Part shown: one piece after another, positions 9,798 to 22,000 of the stretch
Numbering within the stretch: position 1 is the stretch's first letter
Layout: the number at the start of each line of letters is the position of its first letter
IMG/VR virus record: IMGVR_UViG_3300009158_000045
Span: 9,121 to 73,120 of that record
DNA length: 64,000 bases
Strand: one strand, 5' to 3'
From: a virus
Position numbers and translations under genes: made by a program
Notes under the pieces: generated by a model
Database searches by the model: none
Seen by the model: only the letters and a program-made list of their open reading frames with translations
Told to the model about the DNA's origin: nothing

Positions 9798-10226
9798 ATG
9801 AATAACCTAGTAGACTCTATTCTTGTAATGAGGGCAGACATCTATAGCCAATCTGAAATTCAAGATGAGGACACAGGGGCTTTAAAAAAAGAATGGTCTT
9901 ATTCCCATACAGTCCCGTGCCATGCGAAGGGTATAATAAGTAACTCTGGAAGCTCAAGAAGCGGAGATAGACAGATGATTGGATCTAAGTATATTAATGA
10001 GCAGGTTATTGAATTTAGAACAGAGTCAAAGATAACATACAGGCATAAAATTTCAAATGTAAGAGACAGCAACGATCAAGTAATTTGGAAAGAATTAAAT
10101 TTTCCAACAGAGACACCAACAGTTTTTGAAGTAACAAGCTCCACGCCGATTGTAGATCCATTTGGAACAATACTTGGGTACAACTCAGTGCTCAAAAGAT
10201 CGGAGAACCAGATAATTGGAATCTAA
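9798..10226 (+). CDS. head closure/stopper protein
   Basis: QDEDTGALKKEW...VPCHA pattern; synteny. Confidence 0.65.
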   Translation: MNNLVDSILVMRADIYSQSEIQDEDTGALKKEWSYSHTVPCHAKGIISNSGSSRSGDRQMIGSKYINEQVIEFRTESKITYRHKISNVRDSNDQVIWKELNFPTETPTVFEVTSSTPIVDPFGTILGYNSVLKRSENQIIGI

Positions 10227-11007
10227 TGTAGCTTTAATTCAAGTATCAAGTGGCCTAGAAAGACTTATGGTTGGAGCACCCACAACTGGCACACTTAAAG
10301 ATAGCAACGTAGCACAGATATCTGCCTTTTTATATTTTCAGGCCCAGGTAATTTCTCAGCTAACAACAAACCAGAAGTTTAAACAACTTTTTCAAAATAC
10401 TATATTCAATCAAATTGAAAAAGATTTTTCTTTATATGTAGACTCACAAGCTAGAATGAAGCCAAAGTCATTGCACCATGTTTATGAATGGGGAAAGACT
10501 GGAGATCCCACATCAAGGCTCTTCATGTTAAATCGAATAAATTCAAATACCTTATCCTTTCAAGTAAGACCAGAGTTTGTGCTATCTAGATCCTTTGTGC
10601 CAAATGATAACAAGGGCCAGAATAAGAGATACATCTTTTCTAGAAAAGCATCTGTTATGGAAAAGAACCAGCCAGTAATCATATCGCCAAAGAGCGCAGA
10701 AAGACTTGTATTTGAAATTAATGGAGAAACTGTATATATGCCAAAGGGGCAATCCGTAACAGTAACTAGACCAGGTGGATCGTCATCTTCAAATGCATTT
10801 ACTTTGCAATATAGCAGATGGTTTAGCGGACAACTAGTTAGTCAATCAATTAAAAATTCAGGATTTGAAAAAATATTTAATATAAAAACAGCTAAAGCCC
10901 TAAAGATACCAGCTAGCATAAAAAGAATACAGTATTCATTTGCAGCAAATAAGATTAGGGTAGAGGCAGATGCATCAGTTGCAGCTGCGTTTGGAGCATC
11001 ATTATGA
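10216..11007 (+). CDS. putative neck/tail completion protein
   Basis: Synteny between head closure and tail terminator; start codon uncertain. Confidence 0.5.
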   Translation: MESNVALIQVSSGLERLMVGAPTTGTLKDSNVAQISAFLYFQAQVISQLTTNQKFKQLFQNTIFNQIEKDFSLYVDSQARMKPKSLHHVYEWGKTGDPTSRLFMLNRINSNTLSFQVRPEFVLSRSFVPNDNKGQNKRYIFSRKASVMEKNQPVIISPKSAERLVFEINGETVYMPKGQSVTVTRPGGSSSSNAFTLQYSRWFSGQLVSQSIKNSGFEKIFNIKTAKALKIPASIKRIQYSFAANKIRVEADASVAAAFGASL

Positions 11008-11513
11008 CAAACTACAAGCTAGATGTAACTTCGGATATTAGAAAATATCTATGGGCTCAATTAAAACGGCATAATGTTTTTGATGTACATGACTACTATA
11101 TTGATAGCTTAGATAAAGAAATAATTCCTATCATACCCGTCCAGCAACAGCCAGAACTTAATCAATTTTTGAGCGGGAAGAAGCACATAGTCTATGACAA
11201 AATAAATATGTCATATGATAGCCTATGGGCAATATGTGAAGAACAAATACTATTTTGCATATATGCGACAGACATATCTGAAATCAATGAAATTAGAAAT
11301 TTAATGGTTGATTTATTTAGGAGAATGGATGAGTCGGCCAGAGATATAAACAGGTCGGGCGAAATTTCAAATACATTTAAATTCCATACTATTACAATGA
11401 TAGACATATCCCCAGTCTCACCCTCAGAGGAAATCCAGGGCTTTTTGGGCACAGATATAGTTTTAGAGGTTAAATACTCTAGAGAATCTAATTCGGCTGG
11501 CAGATTTATTTAA
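11004..11513 (+). CDS. tail terminator-like protein
   Basis: Size and position before the tail tube gene; IIPVQQQPE...HIVYD pattern. Confidence 0.6.
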   Translation: MTNYKLDVTSDIRKYLWAQLKRHNVFDVHDYYIDSLDKEIIPIIPVQQQPELNQFLSGKKHIVYDKINMSYDSLWAICEEQILFCIYATDISEINEIRNLMVDLFRRMDESARDINRSGEISNTFKFHTITMIDISPVSPSEEIQGFLGTDIVLEVKYSRESNSAGRFI

Positions 11514-11514
11514 C

Positions 11515-11543
11515 TTGCTTTTAGGTGATAATTGCACTATTAT
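11515..11543 (+). promoter_or_regulatory. sigma70-type promoter for the major tail gene
   Basis: TTGCTT-N17-TATTAT; AGGAGG RBS downstream. Confidence 0.55.
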
Positions 11544-11603
11544 TAGAACAGAGGAAAGGGTCTAGCCAACCAAAATTTAAGAATTACATAGGAGGACTAA
11601 AAA

Positions 11604-12275
11604 ATGGCATTTAATACAGCCAAAAATATTCTTGTAGGAGCATCACCATTGTATCTTTCAGTAAAAGATTCAACGGAGAGCGGTTACGTAGAAAACATGT
11701 TAGATGGAGCATCAGGTGGAGTATCACTTGTGCAAGGTAAATCAGCAGCAAAAACACTAGATGCAGAAACCACAAAGTTTCGCAATGTAGGTTACACAAA
11801 TAATGGTCTTCAGATTACATACAACCCAACATACGGTTCAGTAACTGTCGATCAGCTTCTTGATACAGCAAAGCTTTTCAAGGAATCCATGGAAGTTATG
11901 ATCGCTACAGAATTAGCAGAAGGTACTCTTGAGAACGTTCTTGCAGTATTCGGTCAAGAAGGAAAAACACTTTCAGCAGATTTAGCAGCAGGTACAGATC
12001 AGACACTAGGAATGGCAGCGGGAGCTCTTGGTATTGCACCAACAGAGCGTCAGCTAGTCGCAATTGGAAATGCTCCAACAACAGTGTCTACTACAACAGA
12101 GCGTGTATATTATGGTCGCCGTGTGCTTTCAGTACAGCAATCACAGTTTACATTAGCACGTAATAATCCAACAGTATTCCCAGTTACATTCCGTCTGCTT
12201 CCAGACGCAGCGTACACAGGAAAAGAATACGGTAAGATTATTGACCGTGTACTAACACTACCAGCAAACGCTTAA
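11604..12275 (+). CDS. major tail (tube) protein
   Basis: NILVGASPLY, VGYTNNGLQITYNP, VDQLLD, LAEGTLENV, FPVTFRLLP; biased codons; own terminator. Confidence 0.88.
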   Translation: MAFNTAKNILVGASPLYLSVKDSTESGYVENMLDGASGGVSLVQGKSAAKTLDAETTKFRNVGYTNNGLQITYNPTYGSVTVDQLLDTAKLFKESMEVMIATELAEGTLENVLAVFGQEGKTLSADLAAGTDQTLGMAAGALGIAPTERQLVAIGNAPTTVSTTTERVYYGRRVLSVQQSQFTLARNNPTVFPVTFRLLPDAAYTGKEYGKIIDRVLTLPANA

Positions 12276-12292
12276 TTAATTAATTTAATTAA

Positions 12293-12324
12293 TAGAAGGC
12301 CCCTGAGAAATCAGGGGCTTTCTA
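12293..12324 (+). terminator. intrinsic terminator after the major tail gene
   Basis: TAGAAGGCCCCTGA-GAAA-TCAGGGGCTTTCTA. Confidence 0.85.
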
Positions 12325-12325
12325 C

Positions 12326-12354
12326 TTGTAGTGATAAAATGGATATGATACAAT
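12326..12354 (+). promoter_or_regulatory. sigma70-type promoter for chaperone/tape-measure genes
   Basis: TTGTAG-N17-TACAAT with extended TG. Confidence 0.55.
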
Positions 12355-12382
12355 AATTAAGACAATCCTAGGAGGATAAATA

Positions 12383-12715
12383 ATGGCATCTACAGTATAC
12401 GACGTAGAAGAAATTAAGTTACAAAATGGCGCAATAGTTAAGCTAAAGCCTTTAACAATTAAAGAGCTTCGAAAGTTTATGGCAGCTATCCAGAAGACAT
12501 CTGAAGTTACTACAGAAGATGAGACACTATCAATTCTTATTGATGCATGTGCAGTTGCATTAGAAAAGCAGCTACCAGAATTAGTAGCAGACAGAGATGC
12601 ATTCGAAGATGTTTTGGATGTTCCAACAATCAATCGCATTCTTGAAGTTTGCGGCGGAATTAAGATGGACGACCCAAACCTTCTAGCGGCTCAAGTTCTA
12701 GCTGGTCAGAACTAG
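12383..12715 (+). CDS. tail assembly chaperone (gpG analogue)
   Basis: Lies between tail tube and tape measure genes; LKPLTIKELRKFM; slippery site near its end. Confidence 0.88.
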   Translation: MASTVYDVEEIKLQNGAIVKLKPLTIKELRKFMAAIQKTSEVTTEDETLSILIDACAVALEKQLPELVADRDAFEDVLDVPTINRILEVCGGIKMDDPNLLAAQVLAGQN

Positions 12716-12726
12716 ATCTAGCCGCT
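12673..12726 (+). promoter_or_regulatory. programmed -1 frameshift signal (C CCA AAC plus downstream stem-loop)
   Basis: In-phase XXXYYYZ heptamer at 12673-12679; AGCGGCT/AGCCGCT and AGTTCT/AGAACT stems start 5 nt downstream; the -1 frame is open to 13044. Confidence 0.8.
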
Positions 12727-13044
12727 TTAGAAGGAGATATTTTTCTTTTAGGACACTGGAAGAATTATGAAGAACTAGAAGAAAATCTCTCAATGCCAGA
12801 GTTAATACAAACGTTAAAGTCTATGACAAAGACGGAAGAAGATAAAAGAATTTTCTTAGCAGCTATACAAGGTATAGAGTTAGGAAAAGATAAAGAAGAA
12901 ACAGAAGGCCCAACCTTCGATGACGTAAGACTAAAAGCACTTGGAATAGAAGCTAGCAAAGATGACATTGTTTCGCTACAGGGTCAAATTGCAGCAGAAA
13001 GTGGTTTTGGAATCGGAGCAGGATTAGGGTACTCGAAGGAGTAG
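12679..13044 (+). CDS. frameshift extension of the tail chaperone (gpT analogue)
   Basis: -1 frame reads PSSGSSSSWSELDLAALEGDIFLLGHWKNYEELEENLSMPEL... and joins track ORF 12793..13044. Confidence 0.8.
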   Translation, partial: PSSGSSSSWSELDLAALEGDIFLLGHWKNYEELEENLSMPELIQTLKSMTKTEEDKRIFLAAIQGIELGKDKEETEGPTFDDVRLKALGIEASKDDIVSLQGQIAAESGFGIGAGLGYSKE

Positions 13045-13047
13045 TAA

Positions 13048-16000
13048 ATGTCGGCACCGCAGTTTATTAATACTAACATAGTAGCTACTGCCAACTTCTC
13101 TTCTTTAACATCTCAGCTATCAGCAGTAACCTCCCAGTTACTAAAACTTCAGCAAACAGTTATAGGCACAAACAAGATATTCCAAAATCAAGTTTCTGTA
13201 ATGAACCGTGCATTTGCAGAAAACATGAGAAGCACTGGACAATTTGCCACACACTTTGTCACCTTGTCCTCAGATGTAGAAAATTTTGGAAGAAATTTAG
13301 ATTCTGGAAAATTAAAACTAAGTAGATATTTTAAAACTTGGCAAGACCATACAAAAACTTCTGGTGGCTTGATAAGACAGTTAGCCCAGCAGCAGGTAAC
13401 ATTACAAAATGCAGTCATACAGCCCTTGGGTAAAAATGCCCAAGGGTTAATGCAATATAACGTGCATGTTGCACAGGGCCTAGATACCATAGCAAACAAA
13501 ACAGCGCTTGCTGCAATGCAAGCAAAAATATTAAATAAGGTAATGCAAGATGGTGCAAACCAGTTAATTAACTGGGGTAAAAATACACAGTGGGCTGGTA
13601 GACAGCTAACAGTTGGTTTGACACTGCCTCTTGCAATGTTTGGCCAGGCAGCATCAAAAGCATTCTTAGAAGCAGATAAAGAATTAGTTAGACTTACAAA
13701 AGTTTATGGTGGACTTGCTGCTACAAGCGCATCCGATCTAAAAAAGATAAGAAATGAAGTTTCAGCAACTGCAAAAGAATTAGCAGCCCAGTATGGAGCA
13801 TCTTATACTGCAACAATTGGACTGGCTGCCGATATAGCTGCGACTGGAAAACAAGGCCAAGACCTCTTAGATTCAACAGTTCAAACAACAAGACTTGCAA
13901 TTCTTGGTGAGGTTGAGCATGCAGAAGCAATGAAAGCAACCCTTGCAATTCAAAGTACATTTAAGCAAAGTACAGATGAACTTACGCAATCAATTGATTT
14001 TTTAAACGCAGTAGAAAACCAAACATCTACAACACTAAATGATTTAGTTATTGCAATACCTAAAGCTGGTCCTGTAATTCAAGCAATGGGAGGCAGCGTA
14101 AAAGATCTTTCATTATTATTAGTTGCAATGAAAGAAGGAGGAATTAATGCTTCGGAAGGAGCTAATGCTCTTAAGTCTGCACTTGCTTCATTAATTAACC
14201 CAACAAAAGTTGCAAAAGCGATGTTTGCAGATTTTGGAATTGACCTTACCGAGATAGTAGAAAAAAATGCTGGTAACTTAACTGGCACAATAATGGCCCT
14301 ACAGTCTGCTTTAGACAAACTTAATCCATTACAAAAACAACAGGCAATTGAACAGCTTTTTGGCAAATTCCAATTTTCAAGATTGAATGCCTTATTTGCA
14401 AATCTTGGAAAGCAGGGGTCTCAAACACTTCAGGTGCTAGATTTAATGAATGCATCTGCAGGGGATTTAGCAAATCTATCTTCTAGAGAATTAGCACAAA
14501 TAACTGAATCTGCATCTGGAAAATTTAGAAGAGCCCTAGAATCAGTTAAAGCAGATATGGCACAAATTGGAAATTCTTTCCTTTCAATTGGCACAACAAT
14601 ATTAAATATTATTAGCGGAATTGTTAAATTTTTTGGCAAACTGCCAGACCCATTAAAAAAAGCATTGACTTTCTTGGGAGGAATAACAGCAGTTGCTGGT
14701 CCTCTTATCATGTTGACTGGTGTGCTTGCTAACTTTTTTGGATATATAGTAAAAGGTTTATTCCATTTTAAAGCTTTATTTAAAGGCGGAGAAGGATGGA
14801 AGTACCTTACACCAGAAATTTTGGCTGCAGAAAAAGCTGGATCTTTAATTGAAAAAACATTTTATAGCGATGCAAAAGCTGCTGCCACACTAGAAGTATC
14901 ACTCCATGGTTTAGCCGCAGCATACAAAGATTTAGAGGGCAAGATACTAGCAGCAAATATTGCCGCACAACCAACAATAAGCACAATAGCTGGCTCTCCA
15001 ATATTGCAGGGTTCAACAAGAGTTGCAGATCCGTCACACCCATTAATAGGACAGCCTTATTCAAGGTCAATGGCACACTTAAATCCTGTTTCAAAAATGA
15101 CAGAGGTAGAAAGATTATCTCAAACTATATTTTCAACAGTTCCAAATCCAGCACCAGTAAATAGAAAAGTTGGCGCAAACCCACAGATGTATATGACTGG
15201 AGATATGCCATTAATTCCTGGACTAACTTCAGTAAACGGTGCTTCAACTGGAATCATTGCATCAGAAGCAGCTAAGTGGCATTCAATGACTGCTGCGCTT
15301 GCAATGCAGTCTGAGCAAGAGCTTGTTCTTTTAAAACGAGAAGTTGCTGCAACTGGAGGAATTACAACATCTCTCTCTGGATCGTATCAAAAACTATTAC
15401 CAGAAATGACAAAGCTAACAACGCATGCTGCACAAGAAGGAGCAAAGATAGTAGCAGCACTTGAAGCTGGGGCATTGACCGTAGCTCAAGCGCAAGCAGA
15501 AATTGTAGCTCTTAATGCAAGAATTGAAGCTATGATGGTGCAGACCGCATCTCAAATTGCAGCAATTGAAAGTAGATCAATTAATTTAACATCAGTACCT
15601 CTTTTAAGCCAGCCAATTATTGATCCAATTACAGGCAAGTCAAACATGAAAGAAGTATTCCGACCAGGAAGAACTGCATCAACTATAGATGCTATTGCTG
15701 ATGCGCTTGGAGTTAGAACATCTGGCGGAGGATATTCTATTGCAACAACTAAACCAAAATTCCTTCCAATTGTAAAAAGAAATACTGGCGGAGAAATATT
15801 TACAGCAGAAGGTGGAGCTTTTGTTCCAGGAGTTGGAAACACCGACACCGTGCCAGCCATGCTCACACCAGGAGAATTTGTTGTCAATAAAAAACAAACT
15901 CAAAAAGACCCACAAGGGCTTAGAGATTACAATGCTGGCAGAGCAGTAATCGTTCCAGTACAAAAATTTTTAACTGGCGGCGAGGTTTTAGAGGGCGCAC

Positions 16001-19000
16001 ATTTTAGCGGAAATGTAAAATTAACTGGAGAGCAAATTAAAAATGCTCCAAGACTATTTGATGCTTTGCCTCCACACATGCAAGCAAGCGTTTTGCAGTT
16101 TCCTGGACAAACATTTTTAATTCAAGATAGTCAAATACTTACATTGCCAAGAATTTTAAATAAAAAATTAAGATTAGCAAGTCGTGCAAATTTATCAAAA
16201 GAGCAGGCTTTGGGACACATAAGAGGCGTACCAGCAGCAACAATGTTTTCTGGATGGAATCTTGATGAAAGATTAAAAGAAAGATTAAAAGCAGAGCTTC
16301 TTACACAAATATCTCTATCTACACCAGCGGACCCAGCTGCAGGTTACAGAGATCCAGATATGGAAAGAATATTTAAGACTACAAAAGAAAGACTTCTAAA
16401 CGATACATCCTTGGACTATGAGGATATTAAAAAATTTGCATTCTCTTTTAGAGAAGCAGAGCAAAAAACAAAGGTTGTCTTAACAACACTTAAAGATGTA
16501 GAGGCTTCTGCAAAAATATTTGCTTCTGCAAAAAAGCTTGAAAAATTAAAAACAGAATTAGGCATAGACATTCCTAAGCCAGATGAAGTTACAAGATTTT
16601 CTACCTCAAAAAATGCTGATGTGACTAAAAGTGTTGGTTGGTTTGATGCTAATGCTAAAAGAATAGCAGAAAGATACTTTGCAAGGTATCCCGATAAAAA
16701 AGATATTAGTATCCCAAATAGCCAGGGCAAAAGAAATATCTGGGTTAACAGCGGTAATGGAGTAGCTACAGTACATGAAGGAGGAGCGACTACAGCTAAA
16801 TTAAGAGAAGCTGTTGTTTTGGTTATAGATGAACTTACTGGAAGAGTAAGAGTAGGTAAATTAAATCCAATATTCGCCCCAAGAGATCCAAAAGCAGCCA
16901 CAATGACTAGAAGATGGATTGCTGGAAGAGCAACTGGAGGGCCAGTAAATAAAAATACTCCTTACATTGTAGGAGAAAAGGGACCAGAGTTATTTATTCC
17001 AAGACATGATGGCGGAATAATTCCAAATAATAAATTAAATTCAGGAGGCCCAGTTGCTGGCGTAAGGTATTACGGTACTGGGTCTGGCGACGGGCCAGTA
17101 ACAGCAGATACATTTGGTTCTGTTGCACAGGCCAAGAAAGCCCTTAGAAGCGGCAACCCAGCCGTCAGAGCAGCAGCTCAAACATGGTTACTTGCACAGT
17201 CCGCAAAAGGCTCCCAGGTAGCCGTAGGAGGCACACCAGGGGTATTCCAAGGAGAGCAGTCACCTGGAACAAGAGGCTCATATACAAGAGGCAGAGGATT
17301 TACTGATTATCAAATTAGAGGTTCACAAGTATCTGGTATTCATGCTATGCCAACTTATAGACCAATTTATGACAATAATCCATTTAGGGGATGGCAGCCA
17401 GGAGTAGGAACAATGGCAGCAGCATCTTCATTAAAATTAGCTTCTTCTGATGCTTATGCTCGTGCAGGTGCCAGGTTAACAGTATTACAATTAGCTGCTT
17501 TAAATAAATTATTAGAAGTGCAGACATCTGCAAAAAATGCTTTACAAACTACTGGTATTGTAATAAAAGAATTAAGGGGAACAACAACAGCAAAACTCTC
17601 CGATGCATATGCAAGATCAACATATAGACCAACAAGCTGGAGAGAATTAAGCCCATTTAATCCCACTGGATATAACGCAAGAAGAGTTCCAGGACAACCA
17701 TTTGGAGCATCACTTGGAAATCATCCATTTGCAGTTTCAATGGCAGCTTCCGCTGGAGGAATGTACGCAGCTTCAAAAATTAAAAACCCAGCAATAGCTG
17801 GCATTGTATCTACAATGGCTGGCGTTCTTCCATTTATGTTGCCACAAATGCTAATGCAAAAAAAGGCTGCAAAAGCAGCCATGTTAAATGATGAAGCTAG
17901 GTTGTTGGCAGAAAGAAATGGAACTACAATTGCTCAAGAAAGACAGGCACTTGTTGCAAAACAACAAGCAGAAAAAGCTGCTGCACAAGCAGCAAGAACT
18001 TCTGCATTGGCTTCAAAAACTGGCATGGGTTCAAAAATAGCAGCAGGTGCTGAAAAGGGTATGCTTGCTTTAATGCTAGCACAAGGAGCAAAAGTATCTG
18101 GAATATTTGCAAGAATTGGTCCAATGATTTTTAGAATAGCATCAATTTTAAAAAGCCTTAGTATACCTGGACTTATTATAACAGCCCTAATTATGATAGG
18201 AAAATATTTTTGGGATGCACATAAAGCAGCACAAGCAGCAATACAAGCTCAATCTGATTCATTTAAATTAAATGCAAAACAAGCAAAGCAGGCTGGAATA
18301 GCTTATGTAGACTTTAAGAAAAAAGTAGAAGATGTAAGAGAACAACAGCGCTTAATGATGGAAGCTGGAAGAATTGCACTGCAGTCAAATAAAAATTCTA
18401 GTATAGGTGGACTAGTATTTAGCTATCAGGAATTAAAGAAGGCAACTAAAGACGCTAAAAAGAACATGCCAGATGTTGTAAAGATGTTTGATGATTTAAA
18501 CTTTGACCAAGTTGCAGATGCCGCCGCTAATCTAAAAGTACAATTTGTTTCTCAAGGAATGTCTGCCGAGAAAGCGGCAATAAAAATATATGGAATTGTT
18601 GCAGCCTCTAACAAAGCTGGACAAGCAGCGGATGCAATTTCAACAAAAGCGTTTATGGCCATACAGGACAAGTCTACAGCAGCAACAGCTTCCGTTCAAG
18701 GTTTAGCAAAAGCAATAAAATCTGATCTGGACGCAAAAATAATTGTTTCATCATTTGAAGCTATGGTAAGTGCAGTAGATGCTTCGACCAAAGCTTTGAT
18801 TGGAACAAAAGATGAAACTGGTAAAGTAATAACAGAAGCTGAAGCACTTGAGGCTACTTTTAAGCAAATACATTCTACACAACAAGGAAACGTGCAGTTA
18901 GGCGAAGATGGGCTAAAGGCTCTTCAAGATCAAAACCCATTATTAATTGGAATATTAAATAAGAACGATACTATTGCTGGTACCTACGCTAAAATGAGAC

Positions 19001-22000
19001 TTGTACTTCAAGGCATAGGCGGAGACTTAAGTGCAGTAAATAGTAAAACTGCACAAGCAATGCTTCTTGTAAAAGAAGGAATTGATAGTGCAGCCTTAGC
19101 AATGGCCACGGGAACCGATGAACAGGGAATACAAGTTCAATCTGGTAACTTGACAGCGCTAGTCACTCTAGTAAATCATTATAAAAAAGCTTCATTGGAC
19201 GCAGCCTTGGCATCCACCTCAGCAGCAAAGAAAGCAGCTGATGGAAATAAAGCAGAAATTAAATCAATTCAAGAAAAAATTGCTGCAATTAACGATGAGG
19301 CTGATGCAAGAAAGAGAGCTCTAGAACAACAGACAGCAACAGAAGATGCAAAAATACAATTAAAGAAATTGCAGTTGGACTATCAAGATGCAATCGCTAC
19401 TGGAAATACAAAAGATGCAGCGCAAATACAACTTTCAATTAGACAGCTTGTTCTTCAGACTAATAAAACTCAAGCGCTAGCGGCTATAGAAGAAAAAAGA
19501 AATGCGGACTTAAAAATACAGAATGCTCTTCTAGCAAAAGCACAAGAAAAAGCAAATGCAGCACAACTTAAAGCAACAAACCAATCCACTGCAGCACAAA
19601 ATGCAGCAAATACATTATCAACGATACAATCAATTCAATCAACAATTGCAAGCTTGATTAGCCAAAGAGCAACAGCAGACCCAACGACAGAAGCTGGCAA
19701 ACTAGTAATAGCTGGCCTGGATTCGCAATTTAAAAAACAACTTGCAGAACTAACAAAATATGGAACCCTTGGTAAAAATGCAGCAAACGCTCTTTCTCCA
19801 GGTGGAATATATAATGCAAAACTTCCATCAACTGATTACAGCTCATCGTTAGCAAAGCTTAGCGCAGACGCATTAAAAACCGCCTCCAGTAAATTTGTAG
19901 GAGGAGTAGACAAATTTGCATTGTATGTTGATAAGTTAAGCGGAACATCTGGTTTAGCTTATTCTGACCCAACAGAAACAACACCATTAAAATTTGCTGG
20001 CGTCAAAATAGGAGATGCTGTGTATATGCGCTTCTCTTCAGGCGATGGAAAGAAAAACATTCAGGTAGCAACCGAGAAGAATTTCACAGATGATGCTTAT
20101 AATGCATATATCAAAAATGGATGGAAGTTCATTGAGTACGCTACAGAAAAAAATAGTTCCCCAGAGCATGTGTATCATCAAATTCTAGGCCGCAAGGTTC
20201 CAAAAGCTGCAACTGGTGGTCAAATTCTTCATTATGAACCAGGCGGAACAGTACGGGGACCTGGAACAGCAACATCTGATTCTATTCCCGCACTGCTTTC
20301 AAATGGAGAGTATGTAATAAGAGCCTCCTCAGTTAAAAAATATGGAACAGAAACATTTGAGGCACTTAATGCTGGAAGATTTGCAGATGGCGGTTTAGCT
20401 CAAGATCCTAATAAAGTTTATCTTCCAGATGGTACTGAAGCTCGTAGGATGTCACGTGAAGAGCGTGATGCCAATTATAGAGCAAGCCGTGAAAGATTCC
20501 TTGCACAACGTAAAGCCTATAAAGAATTTGTTATGCCGCAAGAAACTCATAAAGAATATCTAAATAGAATGAAGCAAATGGGTTATCTAATGGGTGGAGC
20601 AATTCCAGGATTTCACAAGGGCGGAAAAGCTCATAAGCATCCAAAACTAACTCCATTATCAGATCTAGGAGAAACAACTAAGTCTCAAATAAAATATTTG
20701 GAAGACTGGACTACATTATTAAATACATACTATGGTGCAAAGTATAAAGATCTTCTTAGTTTACCTGAAGGACAAAACATTGTATCTAAATTATCTTACT
20801 CTAAAATTTTAGATGGATCAATAAAAAGATCGGATCCCGCATCATGGGCTCAAGATTCTGAACACATCAATGCATTTTGGGATAGCTCTAATAGAAGAAT
20901 TACAATGGGGCTTGCAAATTCTTTAAATCCAATTTTGAATCCAAACCCACTTTATATACCAGGAACATTAGATGATCTGCATGCAACAAAATCAACAGCT
21001 TCTAAAAATCAATCTCCAATAAACTTTTTAGAAGGCATTGCAAAAAATGTTAAAAATAATCCATATTCAAGAATGGAAGTTTTAAATACATTATTCCATG
21101 AATTTGGCCATGCACTGCAGTCCAGTATAAGATCACAACAAACTTATTCTCAAATGTTAATGGGTATTAATGACCCTAAAGGTATTAACAATATTGAAAC
21201 GTCGGCAGATCTTATGTCTGGTGGAATATTTAAAGAAATGTACCAGAATGGATATATTCCTCAAGTTACAGATTCAATTTTACAAAATATATTTTCAAGC
21301 AAAATTCTTACTGGAACCGCAACACAGCTACCAGCATTTGAAAAAGATGGGTGGCACCCAACAAATGAAAACTTTAGATTTGCTACATGGGCAAAAGGAT
21401 TCCAAGTTGGGGACACAGCAGCACTTGACGATTCTCTTGTAACTAAAAAACAAAAACTTACTAGTGGAGAGACTGAATTTAAGCCAATTAAATTTGCTGA
21501 TATTGCTAATTTAGAAGCAGCAAAAGCCGCAATAACTGCAGCTATGGTTCCAAGCGGATTTCATAGAGGTGGACAAGTTGGGCATCAGCATACAGGAGAA
21601 GCAGCAAAACCACAACTTAAATATTTCCCATGGCGCCCAGACCTACCAAACTACTGGAGTAATGGAAAGCCAACAGGAAGTCCTTGGACTGGAAGATGGG
21701 GCGAGCTAAGATATAGTCCTTCAAAGGGTAAAGACATCTGGGGCGGTACAGAAATACCAGGACTCAAGTTCAGCGGTAAATTTGCACAGCACTCAGACTA
21801 CTGGCATCAAATGACTGAACAGCCAAGTAAATCAAGTGGTTCAGGAATGGGTATAGATAAATACACTCCTCCATTAGTTGGCTCTGGTGCATCTGCATGG
21901 TCTGGTGGCCTACTTGGCGGCGGCGGCGGAAACATGATTGGTTTCCACAAAGGCGGGCCAGTTGGTCATAGGCATGGAAGAAACTTACCTGGGTCTCTAT

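Noticed and set aside
12713-12721. TAG read-through or stop-codon recoding at the chaperone end
   Set aside because: A second in-frame TAG follows two codons later, the -1 frameshift explains the extension, and other genes are intact under the standard code.
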